Source: Giardia intestinalis
Lineage: Eukaryota
Assembly (NCBI GenBank): GCA_000002435.2
Contig: CM018793.1
Strand: one strand, 5' to 3'
DNA: 64,000 nucleotides
The notes below the pieces were generated by a model. That model made no database searches, was not told where the DNA came from, and saw nothing but the letters and a program-made list of their open reading frames with translations. The position numbers and the translations under genes are program-made. Numbering within the stretch: the first letter of the stretch is position 1; each line of letters opens with the position of its first letter. Below are positions 38,264-47,800 of the stretch, piece by piece.

Positions 38264-40375
38264 GTGTCGCTTCAGAGGACGGAAGACCGGCTGGCACCGG
38301 CTATGAGTTGGTGTACCCTTTATGCAGCGTCTCTAAAGCAGCGTGGACCAGATGTGGAAACGTGTTTAATTGTTCTTGCGCATAACTGTTATTCACGTCT
38401 TGAATATACGTTTAGAGTTCCTGTTATAAGCACTAGCCAGCATCTCCCAGGCATTCTTATAAAAGAGCTGTCTTCGCTTCTTCAAGCGGCTGTTGAATGG
38501 GCAGCAAACCTGATGAATGAAAATGCTCGCTTAGCTGCAATGGGCATAGGCGATGTGTACTACTTTAACCCAATAGCCATGGTTCTACACCCGCATCTTG
38601 ATGGACGAGTCATGACCACTTTAACTAAGATAGCATTGAAGCATGGTTGGGAAGTTCAAAGCCTTTCTACGCGACAAACCTTTAACCAAGAAACGCAACA
38701 CGTTAATAAACTAATCACACCAAAGGATCTCTGCCCACTCTGCTCCGCTCAACTGGGATGCATTCAGTACGATAATCTTGATAAGTTATTGAGCCACAGA
38801 CCCTTTCGAAAGCAATGTAATGCTATTTCTAGCGATACACCTCTTCGTGAAAGAGAACTAGAACGAATTGGGCGAGCAATCGCTAGTGATGGTATGCTTG
38901 CATTCAGACCTATTTTCCAGGATCCCCCTAGCATGAGCTTTTGCGCCAAGACACTAACAGAATTAATGATAGCGATTACAGAAGAGCAGGTATGCTCATG
39001 GAGTCCTTATGATGCCGCCCTATACTTTCTGCTTGATATACTTCAGGACTGCCGCTTGGATGTTCTTTATTTCCTTCATCAAGTTAAAAGCCTGTTTCCC
39101 GATAGCTTGTTTAAAACCATACTAATGTCTATGTCCTCTGACCTCCAGTTCTTACTCCCCCATCTTCCATCTCCGGAGCTTAACTACAATAGTGCCAAGT
39201 ACCTTGAGGAAGACATTAACAGCCATCTGTATACGTTACTTCAATCTCCGTCTCTGCGCATGACAATTTATGAATTTGCAGGATCATTTGTCAGGTTGCT
39301 TCCGTTTTACTTTAAATATGAGAATATTCATAGTACACAGCCCGACTCCAAAGGTTGTGCAAGGAATTATGGGAGTAGCAGCAATTTCTCTTCTTCTGTT
39401 TGTGCATTTGACACGCTACTTGATCTAGATGCATATCTGTCTGATTTGAATCTAGAGCAAAACTTGGCTTCTCCTCTCACTACTTCAAAGCACCACATGG
39501 CAAATAGATTTATCAACCAATCTGTTCCAGATTCTGTAACTAGCTCCTCGTATTTCAATATATGCCACGGTACACGCTTCTTAACCCTACTCAATTGTCT
39601 TACAATGCTGTTTCATGCAAAGCTCATCATGACGCAGATGTTGATGACTAGCTATGAGTCTATGTTTATCCTCCGCTCTTGTGCAGACAAAGACCCTGTT
39701 ATGGTGGAGTCTGTGATCAGGACCCAAATTCCCCTGTCTGTCTCAAGGCGCGAGTTTCTTATAAGGTTTCTAAAAGCCAACTATCTCATACAGAACATTA
39801 TTACTGACATCTGTTTCCTCAAAGATAACATTTTGGTAGAAACAGAGAGAGAGCGCTGTAAAGCTATGAAACTAATAGAGAAGAAACTAGAGGGGGATAC
39901 TGAGAGCTCTACTTCCGAGTCATGTGACAATCCTCAAGAGGTTAACGCTACTAATAAGGAAGGCGTGCTTGATAATACAGATACCGATCATGTCATAGAT
40001 GCCAGTCTTCATCTACTGGAAAGCATTGATACCTGCTCTAGTACTGGCGAAGATAGCTGTATCGAAGATGACGTACCAATAGACGAAAGCTTGTTTCGTG
40101 CTGCTATGCACCCTTCCAACTCGCTCCTTCCAGATTTACCTCTACAACCTGTTCAAGGATACCAGATCAAGCATAAAAATGTTCATAAAGTGGTCCAATC
40201 TGCGTTCAACTCTATCAAAAAGAGCAGCACGGAAAGAGAAAGAGTGGTGACTCGACCCCAGGGTGCAGTATCTGTCGCCTATGCCCGCAGTAATGCCATG
40301 CCTATCCTTCGTCCTGCCATTCAGGATAAGGCTATAAATGTGATATTAAATACTCTAAGGAACTGCTGTACATAG
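38264..40375 (+). CDS. Hypothetical protein, 703 aa. No motif recognised.
   Basis: Long uninterrupted ORF starting 36 nt after the previous stop. Confidence 0.45.
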   Translation: MSLQRTEDRLAPAMSWCTLYAASLKQRGPDVETCLIVLAHNCYSRLEYTFRVPVISTSQHLPGILIKELSSLLQAAVEWAANLMNENARLAAMGIGDVYYFNPIAMVLHPHLDGRVMTTLTKIALKHGWEVQSLSTRQTFNQETQHVNKLITPKDLCPLCSAQLGCIQYDNLDKLLSHRPFRKQCNAISSDTPLRERELERIGRAIASDGMLAFRPIFQDPPSMSFCAKTLTELMIAITEEQVCSWSPYDAALYFLLDILQDCRLDVLYFLHQVKSLFPDSLFKTILMSMSSDLQFLLPHLPSPELNYNSAKYLEEDINSHLYTLLQSPSLRMTIYEFAGSFVRLLPFYFKYENIHSTQPDSKGCARNYGSSSNFSSSVCAFDTLLDLDAYLSDLNLEQNLASPLTTSKHHMANRFINQSVPDSVTSSSYFNICHGTRFLTLLNCLTMLFHAKLIMTQMLMTSYESMFILRSCADKDPVMVESVIRTQIPLSVSRREFLIRFLKANYLIQNIITDICFLKDNILVETERERCKAMKLIEKKLEGDTESSTSESCDNPQEVNATNKEGVLDNTDTDHVIDASLHLLESIDTCSSTGEDSCIEDDVPIDESLFRAAMHPSNSLLPDLPLQPVQGYQIKHKNVHKVVQSAFNSIKKSSTERERVVTRPQGAVSVAYARSNAMPILRPAIQDKAINVILNTLRNCCT

Positions 40376-41089
40376 GACAACCAACTAGGGGATTTTACTT
40401 TTGCATTTATCCAAACAATATGGAGATTGAGGTTGTTATATCTGGTTTGCCTTCATCATATTATGATCTGCTTACTTACATTGACTACGAGAGTGATGTA
40501 ATTAGAGGAAGAAGAATGAAGGAGCTATACTATATACTTTTCTGGTGCTATGTTGTCGGGACCCTGCCTGCAAATGAGATGAAAATTAGTCGTGGATAGT
40601 ATAATGAGAGGCTTCTTTTAATAGCATACTCAGGTCTAGTGCATTCTTCAGTTCTCTGTGTGGCGTGTATACCCGACGTGAGTGTGTACTTCCAGTGATG
40701 CCTTGCTTCTTGGTTCTTCTTCATGTCAAGCAGGAGTTCAGTTTGTCACTGTCCTTTTTAACGATGCTTCTATTCGATTCGGTGACAACAGCCATCAGGT
40801 CTCGGGTTCCACTGGGGGTTGTGGTTCTGTGAGCGTTCATTTTAGCAGTATGAGGTCGGCGAGCTGTGGGTCTATGGTTGGCTAGTACGCGATTGCATCT
40901 ATCATCTCACGCTCACTTGGCCTGCTTATAATCTTTGGGTTACTCCAAAGCTCCAGGTGGTTGATACTTTTTTCCTCACAACCCTTCAGGACTCCAATGT
41001 GGAACCTTGCTGCCAATCTGCAAGTAGTTATCGGGCCCGATGTGGATCCTAAGCATTCACTCACTATAAACTGGCTCGCGCAGCTGTAG

Positions 41090-41620
41090 AGTCAAAACCT
41101 ATCATTGCCATGAGCCTCCTGGTCTCTACTGTCTAGATCCCCTTCGATCCCTGCTGTCGCCGCAGGACAAACCAGCACACAAGAGCAAGGACCACAGGGC
41201 GAGGACGGTGACGATGATCGTTGTGGAGCCGGCCTTCCTGGTCTGAGGGGCGCAGTCGTCATTCTTAAGGCTGTATCCTCGCATGCACGTGCAGAAAGGC
41301 GCAAAGGACTCCACCTGTCCGGCAGCCCGGGGTGCACAATCGCTTATTTGGCTGAACGCTGTTGGCGCTATTCGAGTACGAGAGGCACTCGCTGTCTACG
41401 TCACAGCTCGAGCAGCCCGTGTTCTAGGAGGGACAGTTGCTCGTGGGGACGCACTTCCCGGTGCTGTCTGATCCACAGCCGTTCACGCAGACATACCTGT
41501 TGTCACTGTCCTTCTCTTGATCCGGCTCGTTGCACTGGGCCCAGCTTGTAAATGGAACCACTCCATGGGAGCCTCCTGCGTCACGGACCTGTGCTGATCA
41601 GCGCGCCCCTGCTCTCCATC
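41090..41620 (-). pseudogene. Decayed remnant of a cysteine-rich / EGF-like single-pass membrane protein gene. The cysteine-module pieces sit in two minus-strand frames and the TM/tail lies in an adjacent short ORF.
   Basis: Minus-strand hand translation gives ...YVCVNGCGSDSTGKCVPTSNCPS* and, in a second frame, ...NTGCSSCDVDSECLSYSN.... ORF 41126-41314 (GTG start) reads FCTCMRGYSLKNDDCAP...TTIIVTVLALWSLLLCAGLSCGDSRDRRGSRQ (EGF-like C.C..GY....C plus TM helix). The region is GC-rich like the HCMP/VSP genes and sits in a 1.7-kb stretch (40376-42062) otherwise without a long ORF. Confidence 0.35.
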
Positions 41621-42062
41621 CTGGTGCTGGATGGGTGATGTGTCACACAGGCAGACCTGGAGGCAGAAGAGGAAGGGAGGGGCGGGGCATTTTAATTCGC
41701 AAAATGAACTCGACGGAGAACGCGTAATCGCTTGATGGGGGTCCTGAGGAGGCATTGAACGGCACTCAGTCTGTTCACTGATAGCCAGACAGCACACCTC
41801 TGCCAGCCAAGCAGCCGGTCCTCTGTCTCTTCGTAGGGAACAGGCAGAGCTACACTTGTTGAAGGAGCTCGGGTGTCACGCGACGCACGAGGACGTATCC
41901 CTTCCAGTCTCTTACACGACTTTTCCAGCTTGTACTGCACAGTGCGAGCAGGCAAGGCCGATGCAAAACCGTTTACAAACACCGAACGTGATACTCGGCA
42001 CCCGCTGAGGTAGAGCAGGCACTGCTGCATCACTAGACATACACCGATGAAGCTTGACAACC

Positions 42063-44786
42063 CTATATCGACTTGGAGGGAATGAGCGTCATAGTACTGG
42101 GGGACGCATCGATGCGTCTGCCCCTAAAAATGAACCACCAGCAAAGGAAACCGACCAAGGCACCGATGGCGACCATAGCGACGGAGATTTCCATAATGGT
42201 CCTCATGGAGAGGCTGCTCTTGTTCGTGCTTCTGCCAGTACTGTTGCCATCTTTCATGAGGTAGCAGAGGACGGAGCCAGTATTGCTACCAATAGGAGGG
42301 ACACAGTTTAAGCAACCCTTGACACTAGTGATTGCATTGCCATCAGTTCCACTGTTACTTGTGCATTTCACGCATTTATTGTCAGTGGTTTTGTAATACC
42401 CTGCTAAGCAATCTGTGCAGGTTTCCTTACTACCCGCACACTTCACACATCCTTCAGTACACGCCGGACATTTTCCTCCAGCTGGGCTTTGTCCATTGGC
42501 ACACGTTTGGCATTGTCCCTTATTCTGTGCAGCCGTACATACAGAGCTACCAGGAAGCTTCTGTGTGTTGTAGCATCCGCCCGATAACAGAGCGTAGTTT
42601 GCTCCACACTCAGTGCATTTCCCGCCACTTGCCTTACATCCGGAGGCATCCCTCGCTGTTGCAGGTATGGATGTGCAGACGCCGTCGACTGGGGCGTACC
42701 CCTCCTCGCACTGATCGCAGTACTTCGAGCCTCCGACGTTCAGTGAGCAGCCGTCGGCCTTGCAGTGGGCCATAAAGTCTCCCGTGCACTCTTTTATGCA
42801 CGTTCCTGTGTCATCAGATGACCGACTCAGCACATACCCCGGATAGCAGGCCGTACACGACGTTTCTGCGTTAGTACTACAGCTTGCGCATGTATTGTGA
42901 CAGGAAGCGCAAATGCCGGTACTGTCACGATTATCGGGATATGTGCCGGCAGGGCACTCCTCCAGACATGCATCATTAAGGGGGCTCAGTCTTTTGGTCT
43001 CACACCCAGAGCACGTAACTATTGGACCTGCTCTTGCAGACGCTGCCTTGAGAGAGCACTTTGCACAGTCGGCTATGCCACCATTAGCAGTATCGCTGCA
43101 CTTAGCGCACACCTTCTTGCCCTGTGCATCGGTCGTGGGGAAGAATCCATCCTTACACTCCTCTGCACTGACACAGCTGGGTGTCTCACCAGCTTTGAAG
43201 TAGAGCCCGTCCTTACACTCTTCACATATATTATCCACCACACAGCTCTTGCAGTTGGTGTCAGAGCACAGCACACACCCACTGCCACCCTTGTTGGGCA
43301 CCTTACTATTGTCACAGGAGGTACAGACAGCGGGGGTCATACCACCATCAGATGGAGCTGTCGGGGCCTTACATTGTGAGCAGCCCTCGACCCCCACATA
43401 TGCCTTAGCAGTACCTTGAGGATCTACTAGTGTGCCTAGAGGATTGCCACAAGCTAGCACAGACTGATCAGTAGCCTGTGCCTCTGGTACTACGAAGTAC
43501 TTATTACTTGCCGCTTCTGTGCATATCCCACTACTATCTGCTTTCTTGCACATATGACTACCTGGTACTTGACCAACCTTATAACAGCCATTCATGTACA
43601 AGAAGTAATCAGCAGTACACTGTGTGCATGTATGACTGTCACAAGTATTAGCTCCCTTCTTACCACTATCACTAGTGCATATACCATCTATAGGAGCTTG
43701 TGAACTATCTCCACAATAGGAACAGTAGTGCTTTGCATTGCCCTTATCATCTATTATCATGGCATCGCAGGCACCAGAAGTACCACCACAAGCCGTGGGG
43801 TCCTCGCAGGTCTTCACACATGTATAGTCATCATTTGCATCTTCATTGGACTGCTTCTTATAGTTGGGCTTACAGTCAGTGCACTTGAACCCATTATTGT
43901 TAGAACATAGACTACAGCCTTCGTGGCCCCCATTGGTTGTATCACTACAAGCAACGCACTTCTTCCCCTGTGGATCTGTAGTAGTTACCAAGAAGTATCC
44001 CGGCATGCATGTATCACACTTATTTGGATCACCAGCAACAGAACATGTGGCACAGTTATCACCACAAGCATCACAAGCTGTATCACTAGTCTTAAAGAAG
44101 CCCGGAAGGCACTTAGTGCATTGTTGTGCTGCAGTACAGGTTGCACAATTAGGAACTCCCTTAGATTCATCACCACACAAAAGGCACGCAGTATCACCAT
44201 CTTTGAAATGATAATCATCTTGGCATCCAGAGCTCATATCAACACAGGTTGTTGTCCCATCCAGCTCTGTCTTCACCTTCTTACCGTTACAGGCACTGCA
44301 CACCGGCTTCTGTAGCTTTGCATCGTACGTGCAAGCAGTGCACTCTGGTATGCCCCCCTGATCTGCTGCACCGTTACAGGCTGTGCACTTCCCAGTGCTT
44401 GGGTCGGGGTACTTATCTCCATTACAACTGCTAGCCTCTACACAATTGTTCCCATCGAGATATTTCCCGCTCGCACAGAGAGTGCACTTAGTTGCGCCCT
44501 CACCGCTGCAAGTCAGACAAGCTTTATCGCAGACTTTGCATTCGTTGGTATTGGGTGATTTGTATGATCCGGCAGCACACTCTGTACATGTAACTACTCC
44601 TGCACTCTGTGGTGCCTGACACTGTGCGCAGTTGGCCACTCCCATGACCCCGTTTCTATCTGTAGTATCCCAGCACAAGATGCACTCGCTACCAGGCTTC
44701 GGTGTTGCATCAGGGTTCTGGAATATGTACTTGTTATCTGCCTTACAAGCAGTGCACAGTCCATCACTGGCTGCTGTGCATATCAC
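42063..44786 (-). CDS. High-cysteine membrane protein (HCMP/VSP-like), 907 aa as an ORF, with C-terminal TM + RGRRIDASPSTMTLIPSKSI tail. The ORF has no ATG near its 5' end (the tracked 'M' is GTG at 44784-44786, with an in-frame TAG just upstream at 44793-44795) and no signal peptide. Probably 5'-truncated or a pseudogene.
   Basis: CXXC/EGF-like modules throughout (CTACKADNKYIF; CAKCSDTANGG; CTECGANYALLSGGCY). TM helix AMVAIGALVGFLCWWFIF. First ATG only ~47 codons in. 5' end lies 90 bp from the VSP stop. Confidence 0.55.
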   Translation of the reverse strand: MICTAASDGLCTACKADNKYIFQNPDATPKPGSECILCWDTTDRNGVMGVANCAQCQAPQSAGVVTCTECAAGSYKSPNTNECKVCDKACLTCSGEGATKCTLCASGKYLDGNNCVEASSCNGDKYPDPSTGKCTACNGAADQGGIPECTACTYDAKLQKPVCSACNGKKVKTELDGTTTCVDMSSGCQDDYHFKDGDTACLLCGDESKGVPNCATCTAAQQCTKCLPGFFKTSDTACDACGDNCATCSVAGDPNKCDTCMPGYFLVTTTDPQGKKCVACSDTTNGGHEGCSLCSNNNGFKCTDCKPNYKKQSNEDANDDYTCVKTCEDPTACGGTSGACDAMIIDDKGNAKHYCSYCGDSSQAPIDGICTSDSGKKGANTCDSHTCTQCTADYFLYMNGCYKVGQVPGSHMCKKADSSGICTEAASNKYFVVPEAQATDQSVLACGNPLGTLVDPQGTAKAYVGVEGCSQCKAPTAPSDGGMTPAVCTSCDNSKVPNKGGSGCVLCSDTNCKSCVVDNICEECKDGLYFKAGETPSCVSAEECKDGFFPTTDAQGKKVCAKCSDTANGGIADCAKCSLKAASARAGPIVTCSGCETKRLSPLNDACLEECPAGTYPDNRDSTGICASCHNTCASCSTNAETSCTACYPGYVLSRSSDDTGTCIKECTGDFMAHCKADGCSLNVGGSKYCDQCEEGYAPVDGVCTSIPATARDASGCKASGGKCTECGANYALLSGGCYNTQKLPGSSVCTAAQNKGQCQTCANGQSPAGGKCPACTEGCVKCAGSKETCTDCLAGYYKTTDNKCVKCTSNSGTDGNAITSVKGCLNCVPPIGSNTGSVLCYLMKDGNSTGRSTNKSSLSMRTIMEISVAMVAIGALVGFLCWWFIFRGRRIDASPSTMTLIPSKSI

Positions 44787-44790
44787 ACTC

Positions 44791-44850
44791 CACTATCACC
44801 CATTATCACCCACTATCACCCACTATCACCTTCTATCACACACTATCACA
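44791..44850. repeat. Six imperfect tandem copies of the 10-mer CACTATCACC in the 90-bp spacer between the VSP stop and the truncated HCMP ORF.
   Basis: cactatcacc cattatcacc cactatcacc cactatcacc ttctatcaca cactatcaca, read directly from the sequence. Confidence 0.8.
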
Positions 44851-44875
44851 CATTGTACAGCATTCACTACCTAAG

Positions 44876-47800
44876 TCACGCCTTCCCCCTGCAGAGGAAC
44901 CACCAGCAGAGGAAGCCCACGAGGCCCCCCACGACGACGACCACAGCGACGGAGATCCCCGCGATAGCCCCCGTGGAGAGCCCGCTACTCTTGTTTGTGC
45001 TACCGCTATCATTTATGAGGTAGCAGACGACAGATCCTTGATTATTAGGTGGAGGAGCGCAGCTCATGCAGCCAGCAACTCCCTTGACACTTCCACTGTT
45101 GCTGTCACACGAAATACATGTGTTTGGCCCTGACCCGACCATATAGTACCCAGCTGCGCATGACGTACACTTATCAGAGCTATCTGCAGTCGAGCATGTC
45201 TTGCAGGTCGAATGACACGAGGGGCATGCTCCATCATTGGGCTGAAGACTATTGGCGCACGTCTGACATCCACCATTGCTATCAGCTAGTGTGCATATCT
45301 GTATGCCAGGTTGTCTGCCGAGTTTATAGCAGCCTCCATCTTGAAGGAAATGATCTGCAGCACACTGAGTGCATACGCCACCTGCTGCGTTCGTGCAGAA
45401 TGAATTCCTTGTTACTGAATTAGCGCACACGCCATTCTGAGGTGCCCACTTATCTTCCTTGCATTTTGAACAGTACTTCGTACCGCCGATTACCGCTCCA
45501 CACTCTGCACACCCGTCCACCTCTGCTTTGCACTCATCTACACAAGATCCACCTTGATTAGGATCATCATTGGTGTACTGGAGCCTCTTCCCGGGAGGAC
45601 ACAGCGTGCACTTCGCTGGCCCCTTTGTGGTGCACCCAGCACAGCTAGGATCACAAGGCTCGCACGCTTTGTCTCCATCATAGTAGCTTCCTATTGCTCC
45701 GCAGCTCTGCGTGCACTGCTTTGTCGGGGTGAGGTAATCGCCGTCATTACATTCAGTGCAGATTTCGTTGTCTGTTTTGGGGTTGTCACAGGTCTTACAG
45801 TTGGGAGTATTGCAGGCCGTCTCTGATACGCACGTCGTCCCGTCCGACGAGGGCTTGTTCCCAGGCGTGCACTCGCAGACCCCACTATTTTCTGTGGTCA
45901 CGCTCGGAGGGCACGAAGCGATGCAGCCCTTCTTGTCCGGCCTGACCTTCTTTGAGGACGAGCAGGTGAGGCAGGTTTGTGCGCTACCCGTGCCGGTGCA
46001 GGTCGCACAGCCCGCGGTGGTCAAGGGGTCCTCGCATTGATCTGCGTTTGGGACGCACGTCGTCCCGTCCGACGAGGGCTTGTTCCCAGGCGTGCACTCG
46101 CAGACCCCACTATTTTCTGTGGTCACGCTCGGAGGGCACGAAGCGATGCAGCCCTTCTTGTCCGGCCTGACCTTCTTTGAGGACGAGCAGGTGAGGCAGG
46201 TTTGTGCGCTACCCGTGCCGGTGCAGGTCGCACAGCCCGCGGTGGTCAAGGGGTCCTCGCATTGATCTGCGTTTGGGACGCACGTCGTCCCGTCCGACGA
46301 GGGCTTGTTCCCAGGCGTGCACTCGCAGACCCCACTATTTTCTGTGGTCACGCTCGGAGGGCACGAAGCGATGCAGCCCTTCTTGTCCGGCCTGACCTTC
46401 TTTGAGGACGAGCAGGTGAGGCAGGTTTGTGCGCTACCCGTGCCGGTGCAGGTCGCACAGCCCGCGGTGGTCAAGGGGTCCTCGCATTGATCTGCGTTTG
46501 GGACGCACGTCGTCCCGTCCGACGAGGGCTTGTTCCCAGGCGTGCACTCGCAGACCCCACTATTTTCTGTGGTCACGCTCGGAGGGCACGAAGCGATGCA
46601 GCCCTTCTTGTCCGGCCTGACCTTCTTTGAGGACGAGCAGGTGAGGCAGGTTTGTGCGCTACCCGTGCCGGTGCAGGTCGCACAGCCCGCGGTGGTCAAG
46701 GGGTCCTCGCATTGATCTGCGTTTGGGACGCACGTCGTCCCGTCCGACGAGGGCTTGTTCCCAGGCGTGCACTCGCAGACCCCACTATTTTCTGTGGTCA
46801 CGCTCGGAGGGCACGAAGCGATGCAGCCCTTCTTGTCCGGCCTGACCTTCTTTGAGGACGAGCAGGTGAGGCAGGTTTGTGCGCTACCCGTGCCGGTGCA
46901 GGTCGCACAGCCCGCGGTGGTCAAGGGGTCCTCGCATTGATCTGCGTTTGGGACGCACGTCGTCCCGTCCGACGAGGGCTTGTTCCCAGGCGTGCACTCG
47001 CAGACCCCACTATTTTCTGTGGTCACGCTCGGAGGGCACGAAGCGATGCAGCCCTTCTTGTCCGGCCTGACCTTCTTTGAGGACGAGCAGGTGAGGCAGG
47101 TTTGTGCGCTACCCGTGCCGGTGCAGGTCGCACAGCCCGCGGTGGTCAAGGGGTCCTCGCATTGATCTGCGTTTGGGACGCACGTCGTCCCGTCCGACGA
47201 GGGCTTGTTCCCAGGCGTGCACTCGCAGACCCCACTATTTTCTGTGGTCACGCTCGGAGGGCACGAAGCGATGCAGCCCTTCTTGTCCGGCCTGACCTTC
47301 TTTGAGGACGAGCAGGTGAGGCAGGTTTGTGCGCTACCCGTGCCGGTGCAGGTCGCACAGCCCGCGGTGGTCAAGGGGTCCTCGCATTGATCTGCGTTTG
47401 GGACGCACGTCGTCCCGTCCGACGAGGGCTTGTTCCCAGGCGTGCACTCGCAGACCCCACTATTTTCTGTGGTCACGCTCGGAGGGCACGAAGCGATGCA
47501 GCCCTTCTTGTCCGGCCTGACCTTCTTTGAGGACGAGCAGGTGAGGCAGGTTTGTGCGCTACCCGTGCCGGTGCAGGTCGCACAGCCCGCGGTGGTCAAG
47601 GGGTCCTCGCATTGATCTGCGTTTGGGACGCACGTCGTCCCGTCCGACGAGGGCTTGTTCCCAGGCGTGCACTCGCAGACCCCACTATTTTCTGTGGTCA
47701 CGCTCGGAGGGCACGAAGCGATGCAGCCCTTCTTGTCCGGCCTGACCTTCTTTGAGGACGAGCAGGTGAGGCAGGTTTGTGCGCTACCCGTGCCGGTGCA

